From the IMG/VR virus record IMGVR_UViG_2563366947_000002: DNA of 64,000 nt; one strand, 5' to 3'. The DNA is from a virus (lineage: Duplodnaviria; Heunggongvirae; Uroviricota; Caudoviricetes). The position numbers were made by a program, and so were the translations under genes. This document shows, piece after piece, positions 46,900 to 56,202 of this stretch. The notes beneath the pieces are model-generated. The model was not told the DNA's origin. It saw only the letters and a list, made by a program, of their open reading frames with translations, and searched no databases. Every line of letters starts with the position of its first letter. Within the stretch, counting starts at the first letter, position 1.

Positions 46900-48340
46900 C
46901 CCCTCTAAACCGTAAAAATTCCGCTATGCGGTACGGTTGAGAGGGTATGGAGAATGTTATTTTCAGCGAAAACCGCCGAGAACCCTCGCCCAGTGCTGGC
47001 GGGGAGGAACGGCGGAAAAGCCCAAAGGGCTTTAAAAAAATCATTACGGTGTTAGCATAAAAGCCTGTATCAATGAGCAATGACTATGTTAAGAGCGACA
47101 AAAGTACGTATATACCCCACTCCTGAACAGGCTGAATTTCTCAACGCCCAGTTCGGTGCGGTGCGTTTTGCGTACAACAAAGCTCTTCACATCAAAAAAC
47201 ATGCTTACCAGCGACACGGAGTAAATTTAAGTCCGCGTAACGATCTGAAACCGTTGTTGTCTGTGGCCAAAAAGTCCCGCAGATATGCCTGGCTCAAAGA
47301 GTTTGATTCAATGGCATTGCAACAGGCGGTAATTAATCTTGATGTGGCATTTTCCAACTTTTTTAATCCGAAGCTGAAAGCCCGGCTTCCGACTTTCAAG
47401 AGAAAGAACGGCTGGCAATCCAGCTATCACTGTGTCGGGATTAAGGTTCTGGATAATGCCATCAAAATCCCCAAACTTTCCCCGATTGAGGCACGCCTTC
47501 ATCGTGAACTTCATGGAAAGCTGAAAAGCATCACTATCACTCGTTCTGCGACGGGGAAATATTATGCGTCGCTACTCTGCGATGATGGCATGGAAACGCC
47601 AGCCAGACCTTCCATGATATCCCGCGTGACGGGGATAGATATGGGATTATCGCACTATGCCATCAAGTCCGATGGGGTAAAAGTTGCTAACCCTCGCCAT
47701 CTCATCAATGCCAGCCGTAATCTGCGACGCAAACAAAAAGCGTTATCTCGCAAGCAAAAGGGAAGCGCAAATCGCAAAAAGGCCAGAATCCGTCTGGCAG
47801 CGTTACACGAACGGGTAGCCAGTGCCCGTGCCGATTTCCAGCACAAGTTATCTCGCGCAATTGTTGACGAAAACCAAGCGGTAATTGTGGAGACACTGAA
47901 AAAAGCCAACATGATGAAAAACCACAATCTGGCGAGAGCGATAGGTGATGCCAGCTGGCACAGTTTCATCGCAAAGCTGGAGTACAAGGCGATGGAAAAA
48001 GGCGTTCACCTGGTAAAACTCGACCAATGGTTTGCCAGTTCGAAAACGTGCCATTGTTGTGGTTACAAAATGCCGGAAATGCCACTTCATAAACGCATCT
48101 GGCGATGCCCGGAATGCAGTATTGAACATGATCGCGACATCAATGCGGCACTCAATATCCGGCAAAAAGGAATACTGGAACTACAGGCGGCGGGACTCGT
48201 CGTTTCTGCCCATGGAGGCCAGCGTAAATCCGTCATACAGACGGTTGCGGCCTAAGAAGTGGGAAGCCTCGCCCGACAGGGCGGGGAGCAGTCACGGGGA
48301 CGATACTACCGTCAAAATCACATACTCCCCATAGTTTGCC
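46900..48340 (+). mobile_element. IS200/IS605-family insertion sequence carrying tnpB only; boundaries approximate
   Basis: Intact tnpB flanked by subterminal imperfect hairpins (CGCC...GGCG near 46986-47003 and CGCCC-gaca-GGGCG near 48270-48287); no tnpA. Confidence 0.6.
47080..48255 (+). CDS. tnpB: TnpB (OrfB) RNA-guided endonuclease-type transposase accessory protein
   Basis: 391 aa; MLRATKVRIYPTPEQ N-terminus, RuvC-like GIDMG, zinc finger CHCCGY...CPEC, C-terminal HDRDINAALNI. Confidence 0.85.
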   Translation: MTMLRATKVRIYPTPEQAEFLNAQFGAVRFAYNKALHIKKHAYQRHGVNLSPRNDLKPLLSVAKKSRRYAWLKEFDSMALQQAVINLDVAFSNFFNPKLKARLPTFKRKNGWQSSYHCVGIKVLDNAIKIPKLSPIEARLHRELHGKLKSITITRSATGKYYASLLCDDGMETPARPSMISRVTGIDMGLSHYAIKSDGVKVANPRHLINASRNLRRKQKALSRKQKGSANRKKARIRLAALHERVASARADFQHKLSRAIVDENQAVIVETLKKANMMKNHNLARAIGDASWHSFIAKLEYKAMEKGVHLVKLDQWFASSKTCHCCGYKMPEMPLHKRIWRCPECSIEHDRDINAALNIRQKGILELQAAGLVVSAHGGQRKSVIQTVAA

Positions 48341-48370
48341 TACTTATTAACCCATGACCGGGAGAAAAAT

Positions 48371-48856
48371 ATGGCAAACATTGAACCTCGCTGGCTAATT
48401 GAAGCCCGTAAGCACATTGGCCTGACTGAAATAAAAGGCGCTAAACACAACCCTGAAATCGTTCAGTTCTGGCGCGACATCAAGCGCGGCGGAATTAAAG
48501 ACGATGAAACGCCGTGGTGCGCAGCATTTGTCGGTGCAATGCTGGAACGTGTAGGCATCCGCTCAACAAGATTTGAGTCGGCAAAATCCTATCTGGATTG
48601 GGGCGAGAAATTAGATACACCGGCATACGGATGTATCGTTGTATTTACCCGCGTAGGCGGTGGGCACGTAGGCTTCGTTGTCGGACGCCGCGCCAATGGC
48701 GATCTGCTTGTCCTGGGTGGGAACCAGGGGGATGCGGTTAATATTCGCGCATTCCCAACATCAAGAGTGTCTGGCTATCGCTGGCCTGCTGGCGAACCAC
48801 GCAATACCGCTCTGTTACCAGTCGGAGACGCAGCAACCTCAACTAATGAGGCATGA
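48371..48856 (+). CDS. NlpC/P60- or CHAP-like putative peptidoglycan hydrolase (tentative)
   Basis: 161 aa; TPWCAAFVGAML cysteine and GGGHVGFVVG histidine contexts. Confidence 0.4.
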   Translation: MANIEPRWLIEARKHIGLTEIKGAKHNPEIVQFWRDIKRGGIKDDETPWCAAFVGAMLERVGIRSTRFESAKSYLDWGEKLDTPAYGCIVVFTRVGGGHVGFVVGRRANGDLLVLGGNQGDAVNIRAFPTSRVSGYRWPAGEPRNTALLPVGDAATSTNEA

Positions 48857-48879
48857 AAAAGCCCCGGCCAGGCCGGGGC
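48856..48879 (-). terminator. minus-strand terminator hairpin
   Basis: GCCCCGGCC-a-GGCCGGGGC followed on minus strand by TTTTT. Confidence 0.5.
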
Positions 48880-48887
48880 ATCACGCT

Positions 48888-49088
48888 TCAAGTCACCATC
48901 CAATCATTACCGATTATATCAGCCGTCGATAAATCAACTTCCCGGATCTGGAGTCCATTAATACAAAACCATCCGGTAGTAGAGTAATTATCAGGCCAGG
49001 CCCATACACCAACACTCCATGCTTTACGGCGGCACACTTCAGCCTGTCCTTCCCTGATTTTTTTTACCGCCTGCATGATGTCCATCAC
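48888..49088 (-). CDS. small DUF2829-like protein (split C-terminal module of antirepressor paralogue)
   Basis: 66 aa; AEVCRRKAWSVGVWAWPDNY ... NDWMVT aligns with C-terminus of 11797..12738 product. Confidence 0.4.
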   Translation of the reverse strand: MMDIMQAVKKIREGQAEVCRRKAWSVGVWAWPDNYSTTGWFCINGLQIREVDLSTADIIGNDWMVT

Positions 49089-49792
49089 TCACCTCCCCAA
49101 CCGATCACCTGGAATTGCCCCATTTTGGGGTGATACCAGCGTTTTCCTCGGTGTTCAGCCTCCGACATCATCCGGTTAAAAGCATTCATGAAGGGAGATA
49201 AGGCCACGATGGAACGACGCGACAATACCCCCTCTGGAGTTAAAAACTCATGTGTATCGGTGGGAATCCGGTAAGCGTTGACAAGGTTGCGACATTTGGC
49301 TTCAGTCAGGCCGCATTTCGCCGCCAGCTGGCGGTAGCCAATGTAACCATCTGGCATATTGCCCTTCTTGATTTGCTCGACGGTTTCAGCGACCTGGCTA
49401 ACCTTTGACTCAACAGCATGAAGCCGCTTTTGCTGCTGAACTGCATTTGCAGCCATTGCGGCGATCATCTCTATTTCGGTCAACGGCTGGCGTACTTGTT
49501 CTTCCAGTTCGCGCCAGCGGTCCACCAGCCGGGCGGTGAATTCCGGAGAGAGCTGCGCAACGACAATGATACTGTCACGCTTGCCTTGCTCGCCTTCGAA
49601 GACGTAGTGTGAATTTTTAACTTTAAATCCTAAGTTATTGATATTTTCGGAAACCTCCATTGGAGGAAGTGGAATAACACCTGATTTACTCAAGCGTTCA
49701 ATAGTGCGTTTAACGTTATCCGGGCGACTTCCCACCAGCTCCGCGATCTCAATGCTGGTCATTGATGGCTTTTCAAGAATGCAGATATCCAT
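49085..49792 (-). CDS. antirepressor-like protein (paralogue of 11797..12738)
   Basis: ATGA overlap with icd-like ORF; MTSIEIAELVGSR... and central region near-identical to first copy. Confidence 0.45.
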   Translation of the reverse strand: MDICILEKPSMTSIEIAELVGSRPDNVKRTIERLSKSGVIPLPPMEVSENINNLGFKVKNSHYVFEGEQGKRDSIIVVAQLSPEFTARLVDRWRELEEQVRQPLTEIEMIAAMAANAVQQQKRLHAVESKVSQVAETVEQIKKGNMPDGYIGYRQLAAKCGLTEAKCRNLVNAYRIPTDTHEFLTPEGVLSRRSIVALSPFMNAFNRMMSEAEHRGKRWYHPKMGQFQVIGWGGE

Positions 49793-50015
49793 CAATGTGC
49801 CTCCGCAATGCCGGGATTGGTAATATTGCGATACCAAGGATTAGTGTTTGGTTGTGGGGAAGTAGAGAAACGACCAGTAAGAACACCATACTGATCAGGG
49901 ATCAGAGAACGGGCTTCTTTTTCGGTTGCGGCAATTGCGAAGTGATCGCAATGTTTTTGCAGGGAGTGGAAACGCCAGATAAATTCCGGGCGCGAGCAAG
50001 GATTGGCATTAACCA
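49792..50015 (-). CDS. Icd-like small protein (paralogue)
   Basis: ATG at 50015 with GAGG SD; MVNANPCSRPEFIWRF...; ORF track extends into leader. Confidence 0.4.
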
Positions 50016-50360
50016 TAGTTACGGCCTCATTCGTAGGTTTAACAACCTGCGCCCCCGCTGCTAAACGGGTGGCAGGACGTGACGGGGTTAGCAGACTGGC
50101 ACGAATGAAACCAGCAGGCCGAAGCCTCCCCATCACGCCCCACCATAATTCGGGCGTAACGTGGTGTTACGGACACAAAAATACCGCAATATCGGATATC
50201 TGCGGTTGTCCGCATTCGTATTCAGGCTGCTAAACCCGGTCGCAGAATTTGCTACGACGGCATGAATATAAGCCTGAAAACATGGAAGATCAACTAAAAA
50301 TTTCAGCAATGGATGACTTCAGTCGATGATGCAGATCATACATTCCGATTTAGAAACAGC

Positions 50361-50381
50361 AAATTAATTTTCTAACACAAA
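50361..50381 (-). promoter_or_regulatory. putative repressor operator
   Basis: AAATTAATTTTCTAACACAAA. Confidence 0.5.
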
Positions 50382-50431
50382 TCATCGAGCGAGCATTTTC
50401 CGATCATTGGGATGCTTTGTAGACACACAGG

Positions 50432-51394
50432 TCATCCCCTAAATCCCGCAGGGATTGACCAATCCTCCCGGTCAAATTCAGACCGATAGCCACGCTGTTT
50501 CATCAGGTCAAAGGCTTCACCAATGGTTACACACCCCTGGGAGCCAGAATAATCCATTGAGAAATCCAGGGCACTGGATTGTTTAGGCTTATTCACTGCG
50601 GTAGCGGCACTACGTATCCATGCAAATTTTTTTGCCAGCTTTTCAGCGGTACGATACAGAGCCTGCCGTTTTGCGTGCCCCTCGTCTGAACGACGCTTTG
50701 CAGCTCTCGCTTTTGCCGCCGCCAGGCAGTGGTTGGTATGTTCTTCCCTGATTACTGTTTTTTTATCCAGTCCCCCATTATCCGCTTGAGTACTATCTGC
50801 TGGTGAAGCCTTTGGCTGAACCGCGCATGATCTTTCTCTTCTTTTGGCTATAGAGTGACTCTTATTTTCTATTGGCTGTTCATTTTGAACATGGGGGGAC
50901 TTGTTCAATTTGAACAGGGGGTTCCCAGTTTCAAAAAAATAACGAACCTTTGAAATCAACTGCTTAACCAGTTTTGTGGCGTTGGCAAATTTGATGCCCT
51001 GCTTACCCCCTATCTCCATTGCTACATGAATGAAGTGGAGAAATTGTGTCGTAAACCGATATACGTTACACACCTGGGCATTGTTATTCGCTACCTGATG
51101 TTGCTTAACAAGCATTCCGCACTTCGTCGCTTCAGTAAATGCCCGGCGCACAGTAGAAATACTGCGCCCTGTAATCTCAGACATATCAGCATATGAGCGA
51201 CGGATCATGTATTCATCGGTAGCCCCTGCAAGGTTGGCGAACTCGGCAATAATGGCGCTATGTGAAGGGGAAAGAAGACCGCTATGACGAGCAAAAAAAC
51301 TCAACTGATGACCTTTGATTTTTTTGTGGTATTCAGTGTTGTTTTTATACTCAGAAGTGTTGAAAGTTACTGAAACTGAATTTAAAATATTCAC
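50432..51394 (-). CDS. winged-HTH DNA-binding protein (possible RepL-like replication function, tentative)
   Basis: 320 aa; MSEITGRSISTVRRAFTEATKCGML HTH; basic C-terminal half. Confidence 0.3.
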   Translation of the reverse strand: MNILNSVSVTFNTSEYKNNTEYHKKIKGHQLSFFARHSGLLSPSHSAIIAEFANLAGATDEYMIRRSYADMSEITGRSISTVRRAFTEATKCGMLVKQHQVANNNAQVCNVYRFTTQFLHFIHVAMEIGGKQGIKFANATKLVKQLISKVRYFFETGNPLFKLNKSPHVQNEQPIENKSHSIAKRRERSCAVQPKASPADSTQADNGGLDKKTVIREEHTNHCLAAAKARAAKRRSDEGHAKRQALYRTAEKLAKKFAWIRSAATAVNKPKQSSALDFSMDYSGSQGCVTIGEAFDLMKQRGYRSEFDREDWSIPAGFRG

Positions 51395-51456
51395 CAGATA
51401 GTTCCGTGAAAAAATCTATCTACCGTATAAATCTATGCCAGTGGATTTATACACCA

Positions 51457-51489
51457 AAAAGCCGCTTCTCAGCGGCTTTTGCTTTTTTT
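51457..51489. terminator. bidirectional intrinsic terminator
   Basis: AAAAGCCGCT-tctc-AGCGGCTTTT followed by GCTTTTTTT. Confidence 0.6.
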
Positions 51490-51566
51490 GGCAATCGCTA
51501 CCGGAGCAGTGACCGCGATCCTACTCGATCACATCGGACAGGATCAACAGTGTACATAAATACACT

Positions 51567-51584
51567 ATGTTAGAAATTTAATTT
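51567..51584 (+). promoter_or_regulatory. putative repressor operator
   Basis: ATGTTAGAAATTTAATTT. Confidence 0.5.
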
Positions 51585-51594
51585 CATGCAGCGG

Positions 51595-52593
51595 TTATGC
51601 CCGTCGCGAAACGAAGAGTAATGGGGTAGTATTTTTGCTCTCCTTCGGCGATAACTCCGGCTCTTTCTTGCCTGATATCGGCAAGCCATAAGTCGCATTT
51701 GCCCCCATAGATTCAAGCATCGCAGCCACTATGCGAGCATCATCTTCAGACTGCATACGGCAGAGCGCCCGACGCTGTTCTGCGCTGATAAAAACAGGCA
51801 TTTCCTGGATAGCGTCACGCAAAATCCGGCGGCATTGCTTTGCATTTTCCCCCTGGCTTTCCATCATCGCTGTTTGAGCGCGCAGCTTATCTCGAAGCTG
51901 TATGTTTTCCACTTCAAGGAGCATCAATTCTGATTCCAGGGCTTCACGATGTGCAGATTCGAGCATGGCTTGCTGATTTTTCATTGCTGAAAAGTGGTGA
52001 ACCAGATCCGTAGCAGCGTTATCGGTAAAACCTTGTTCGATAAGTGCTGCATGAATAGCCGCATCGCGCTCTTCTGCTGATTCAAGCATCAGGCTTTTCT
52101 TGTCGAGGCTGATATAGTTAGGCACAGTTACGTAATCAAAGCCGTGGAAAGACTTTACCAGGGATACCGATGAATCTGGACCAGATGTAGCCCACGACCA
52201 ACCACCAGCACCAGAATTAATCATGCCCTGAACAATACGCCCGGTGTCTGTATCCAGTATTTCCTGCGTATGAGTAACAATGCCGTTGTCGTCAATCGAA
52301 ATGTCGATAGTCCTGTTTGACGGCACGTTCTCCAATACAACAGGCTTCCCATCTACCATCACAACAGAGACTTCCGGCAAGTTCAGGCTTTTCGTTTTGT
52401 TATAGTGCATCGCCCGGCGACCATGACCGTAATAACCATACATCTCACCCAGCGCGATACGCTCTTTTGTTTCTGGCGAGTTGAATGTGTCTCGTACCGA
52501 CTGAATGACGTAATTTCGGTTGTTCTGCGGTGTGTGTTTGCGGATTTTCTCTACCAGGGAGAAGCGATCCGTAACAGTATTCAGTGATTGCAT
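51595..52593 (-). CDS. hypothetical head-morphogenesis protein (possible prohead protease by position)
   Basis: 332-aa ORF immediately downstream of portal-sized gene. Confidence 0.25.
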   Translation of the reverse strand: MQSLNTVTDRFSLVEKIRKHTPQNNRNYVIQSVRDTFNSPETKERIALGEMYGYYGHGRRAMHYNKTKSLNLPEVSVVMVDGKPVVLENVPSNRTIDISIDDNGIVTHTQEILDTDTGRIVQGMINSGAGGWSWATSGPDSSVSLVKSFHGFDYVTVPNYISLDKKSLMLESAEERDAAIHAALIEQGFTDNAATDLVHHFSAMKNQQAMLESAHREALESELMLLEVENIQLRDKLRAQTAMMESQGENAKQCRRILRDAIQEMPVFISAEQRRALCRMQSEDDARIVAAMLESMGANATYGLPISGKKEPELSPKESKNTTPLLFVSRRA

Positions 52594-52606
52594 TATTTCC
52601 CTCCGG

Positions 52607-54289
52607 TTAATTGCTCATCACAAATTTTGCAAAGTTTATTAACTGTTCTGGCGTCCAGTTTTCCGGATCGTCACCGGACGACAACGGCGCGGATTCGTAC
52701 ATACCATGCTCGTTGTTTTGCTCTGATTCATTCGCCTTAAACTCTTTGATCATGGTGTTGAGAGTGTCATCGTCGATGTGCAACTGCTCAGTGAACAGAT
52801 AACGCATAAACGCGTCGCTACCAGCCAGTTTCGGGTTGTTCTGGATCTGGTCCATAATTTGGGAGATGACAGCAACAAAGTTGGCGCGTGCATCCAGTTC
52901 CCGGTTTTCCTCTTCCTGGATAGCAGTGTTCATTGAGTTGAATTGCACGTCATAAGGACGGTTTTTTTCGGTGTAAACCTTCCCGTATTTATAAGCGAGG
53001 TGAATATCATGAAGCCGATAAATAGTTCGCTGGGCGGCCTGTCTGATCCAGTTCGCACGTAATGCGGCCTGGATAGCTGTTTGCTGCCAACCTCCTTCCC
53101 CAAGTCCACCACTCATCTGATCAGCCCAGCCAAGCATTGTTGCGTCAATGCCTAGGCTTGCAGCAAGCTGCCGGAGGTGAAACATAACGTCTTCGATACC
53201 ACTGATATCTGCGGGTATGGATTGCGTATCAATGGTGATGCCGTTCTTCCCGTCTCCCATAACAGGTATCAGATGGTTAAGCACAGTCGGAATAGCGTTG
53301 GCATTAATCGACCTTTGCGCCACCAGGTCACTATGACGCTTCAATGCCTGGCTGACGCCACGCGTATAGTTCGCCGCATTAACCGGGTCCAGTGTGTTCG
53401 TCGTAAGAGCAATCAGGCGGTCAATTTTGGCTGCATTATTTCGCGTTGATTTCAGCGCGGCGAGCGAAGCACATAAATTAAGGTAAGGTTCATAGCTGTA
53501 TTCCAGGAATGAAGTACCGTAATTCTGCGTCTCCATTAACGGCTTATCAGCCTGATCACTTAACAGTGAGTACCCTTTTGTGCCGTAGCTAACCGGAATA
53601 ACTTTATGCTGTGGCGTCCAATAGGGATTTTTCATGGAAACCAGATTCCACGGTTCGGTTATTACTCTGCGCAAACTATGCGTATCCAGAATGTAATCAC
53701 CACTGAAACCTACCAGCTGGCTACCACGATAAAACTCCTGGACGAAGTGTGGCAGAGTGTAATAACTGGACTCAATGCCTGTTATCCCCCTGCCCTGTTC
53801 AGCATAAGGTCGGACATAAGACACCCCAAAGATAGCCATAATCATGGCCCATGAAGGAAGTCCGTCATTAATCATCGCCCCCAAATCAGCGGTTAACTCT
53901 TCACATCTACTTACTGCCTCAGCATCGGAACCATCCTTTGGCGAAAGGATGAATGCTTGTCCGGTTTTTTTTGAAGGCGCAAGCGCATGTGCAATGTGAA
54001 TGTTTAAAGCCGTCGAGATAGTCGGGCTTTTAGCCATCGTTTCCAGGATGTTGTACTTTTGCAGGCGCTCGCCGGGCAGTTCAGCGGATAAAGAAATTGA
54101 ATCTGCTGCACTCGTCATGCCATCGCTGTTGCTCCCCAGTATACCTGGACGTAAAGCAGACAGGCCGGAACGAGCAACGACACTATGCCCGCTCGTAAAA
54201 ACGACCGGATCGGCGGGCGTAACATCACCACCGTTGAAGGCTTTCTTCAATGCTGACAGAAAGCCTTTGTTTTTGTCTTTCGTTGCCAT
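52607..54289 (-). CDS. putative portal protein (by size and context)
   Basis: 560-aa ORF in structural operon; not recognised by motif. Confidence 0.3.
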   Translation of the reverse strand: MATKDKNKGFLSALKKAFNGGDVTPADPVVFTSGHSVVARSGLSALRPGILGSNSDGMTSAADSISLSAELPGERLQKYNILETMAKSPTISTALNIHIAHALAPSKKTGQAFILSPKDGSDAEAVSRCEELTADLGAMINDGLPSWAMIMAIFGVSYVRPYAEQGRGITGIESSYYTLPHFVQEFYRGSQLVGFSGDYILDTHSLRRVITEPWNLVSMKNPYWTPQHKVIPVSYGTKGYSLLSDQADKPLMETQNYGTSFLEYSYEPYLNLCASLAALKSTRNNAAKIDRLIALTTNTLDPVNAANYTRGVSQALKRHSDLVAQRSINANAIPTVLNHLIPVMGDGKNGITIDTQSIPADISGIEDVMFHLRQLAASLGIDATMLGWADQMSGGLGEGGWQQTAIQAALRANWIRQAAQRTIYRLHDIHLAYKYGKVYTEKNRPYDVQFNSMNTAIQEEENRELDARANFVAVISQIMDQIQNNPKLAGSDAFMRYLFTEQLHIDDDTLNTMIKEFKANESEQNNEHGMYESAPLSSGDDPENWTPEQLINFAKFVMSN

Positions 54290-54353
54290 GAATCACCGCA
54301 AATTGTTTCCAGTTTTGCGGCAGCATAATCAGTATGTGATTTCAGCGGTTGGC

Positions 54354-55751
54354 TTAGTTTTCCATACTGCAATTATTTAGAACTGTAGAATTTTCAAACA
54401 TAGCAAAGTTCAGACCTTTCCCTTCGCCAAATTCACCCTCAATTTCATCAGATACAGCAGACAAAATACGACGCAGATCAACATCGCCACCGCCGAACAT
54501 ATCGCCCAATGCCTGTTGTTTATGAGTCAGCTCGTCGTTGATTTTTTGCGCCATTTTTTTGAATGCGGCGCCCATACGCTTCGCACTGCGATTATTTGCT
54601 ACGATGAATAGCGCCAATGCCTCAGCTTCCGGTGTACTGTCGCCGAATAACCCCCTTTGGGCGATCACTTCTTCAACGGCCTGACCGTTGTCTTTGGCTT
54701 CACGTACAAGATTAATTGCTTCCTGGAGTGCTGCTATCGCCTGTGTATCCAGGCCATTAACCTGCTCTATACCGTCCACTAAGCCTGTTACTGCGTCATG
54801 GTGAGCGTCGCCAGACAGCGACTGCATTTGCGCAAAATCGCTGGCTGCCGTATTTAATGCGGTCAGGATATTACGCATTTCCGGATCTGGCTCTTCCGAC
54901 ACTAGCCGAACAAGCCTTTCATCCTTGTACGCTTTGGCAAAAATTGCATTCTGGATGCGATCGATAAGCTGTTTCGTGGGACGCCCATCGGCAGTAAGCA
55001 AGCCTGCCGTCGCTGTATCGCCAATTTCGCGCAAAAACGCACGAATAAACGCATCATTGGACCGCGCCAGCAGATTTCCATCATCTGAAGGATTAAATAG
55101 CGCCATGACGCTCTCAGTGAGAAATTGCGCATCCGCATACGCTTTTTCACTTGCTGCCATCTCTTGCAGATCGCTAATGTTTGAATCGCGGGCAAATTGA
55201 GCGCGGTCTACATCTGTGAGTCTTTCTCGCACTAGTACGGGCATAGACATTTGCGAAATTTCGTCAGGATTCAGACCAAACTCTTTCGCATGGTCGATCA
55301 GGTACTGGCGATACTCATCCGCCTGTCCTTGCTCATAGGCACGCCAGATACCCATACTCCTTCCGTTGCCGGATTCAACAACGTTGTCCGGACCAACTAT
55401 CGGCGCTCCGTGGCTGCTCATACCGGAATCCGTTAATTGTGCCGGGCGTAAATTGGAGGCAATACGGTTAACCTGGAGTTTGCTGGATAGCCGGGTACGA
55501 TCTCGTGGTTGGAGTTCTTCCGGGAAGGCCGGGTTAATCGTACCGTCAAGGTTGTTCGAAATGATCAGACTGCTGGCATCAACGACCTTAAAAGCCGTCT
55601 TTACCTCTGCACCTTTGCTGGTGACTACGTAGCTACTTCGCCCCAGGCGTGTTTCTTTCCTCTCTAATGAAGAAACCAGAGCAATGACGCTGTTAATATC
55701 TGTGGCCCCGGAAAGCGCAGAAGTAACTGATTTGTTCAAAATACACTCCAA
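54354..55751 (-). CDS. hypothetical virion-associated protein
   Basis: 465-aa ORF. Confidence 0.35.
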   Translation of the reverse strand: MECILNKSVTSALSGATDINSVIALVSSLERKETRLGRSSYVVTSKGAEVKTAFKVVDASSLIISNNLDGTINPAFPEELQPRDRTRLSSKLQVNRIASNLRPAQLTDSGMSSHGAPIVGPDNVVESGNGRSMGIWRAYEQGQADEYRQYLIDHAKEFGLNPDEISQMSMPVLVRERLTDVDRAQFARDSNISDLQEMAASEKAYADAQFLTESVMALFNPSDDGNLLARSNDAFIRAFLREIGDTATAGLLTADGRPTKQLIDRIQNAIFAKAYKDERLVRLVSEEPDPEMRNILTALNTAASDFAQMQSLSGDAHHDAVTGLVDGIEQVNGLDTQAIAALQEAINLVREAKDNGQAVEEVIAQRGLFGDSTPEAEALALFIVANNRSAKRMGAAFKKMAQKINDELTHKQQALGDMFGGGDVDLRRILSAVSDEIEGEFGEGKGLNFAMFENSTVLNNCSMEN

Positions 55752-55810
55752 CTATAGAGAAAGCTGTGAGTGTAAAAAGTGTGTGATTTATGTGAGAACA
55801 GATAAGTGAA

Positions 55811-55833
55811 AGGGGCATTTCAGCCCCTTTTGA
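55811..55833. terminator. putative terminator hairpin
   Basis: AGGGGC-atttca-GCCCCT followed by TTTT on + strand; sits right after stop of minus gene. Confidence 0.35.
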
Positions 55834-56202
55834 TTACCCGGCATAACCGTTAGCTTTCACCCAGCTTATGGTCTGCTCTTTAGCCTGCTCCAACGTAAGG
55901 AACTCGCCAACATAGTTTGAGATCCCACGCAGCGCATCAATAAATTCCATTTGTGTGGACTTTGTGAAGACACCGCCCAGGAAGTCAGTCACTATCTTAG
56001 GGACTTCATCTACAACAGGATCAGTCTGTTGTTGCGGTTCCGCTGCCGGTTGCGCGGCAGTCCCCAGGCCCAATTTCAGCATCACATCAACAATCTGCTT
56101 ACCAATGGTGACGCGTTGCAATACTGGCGCAGTTTTCTGCGCCTGCATTAGATCTGATAGCTCTTTACCTAATTTCAGGCGGTCTAAAACAGAGATGGTC
56201 AT
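55834..56202 (-). CDS. hypothetical protein
   Basis: 122-aa ORF. Confidence 0.4.
   Translation of the reverse strand: MTISVLDRLKLGKELSDLMQAQKTAPVLQRVTIGKQIVDVMLKLGLGTAAQPAAEPQQQTDPVVDEVPKIVTDFLGGVFTKSTQMEFIDALRGISNYVGEFLTLEQAKEQTISWVKANGYAG

Noticed and set aside
46892-47080. N-terminal 63 codons of the ORF-track version of the giant gene (TTG start at 47080)
   Set aside because: This stretch reads through IS-element end sequence; a TTG at 46891 with a strong GAGGGGG Shine-Dalgarno is the more plausible start
48371-48856. 161-aa gene as the missing tnpA of the IS element
   Set aside because: No HuH (HxH) or catalytic tyrosine arrangement of IS200 TnpA; Cys/His context looks like an NlpC/P60-type hydrolase and the gene lies outside the IS hairpins
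13754-51584. Recurrent 17-bp motif as a possible CRISPR array or tandem repeat
   Set aside because: Copies are dispersed singly or as inverted pairs tens of kb apart with no regular spacers; no cas genes; behaves like operator sites
54375-54395. TTAGAA-containing sequence as an additional operator
   Set aside because: Lies inside the 465-aa coding region and matches only 6 bp of the consensus
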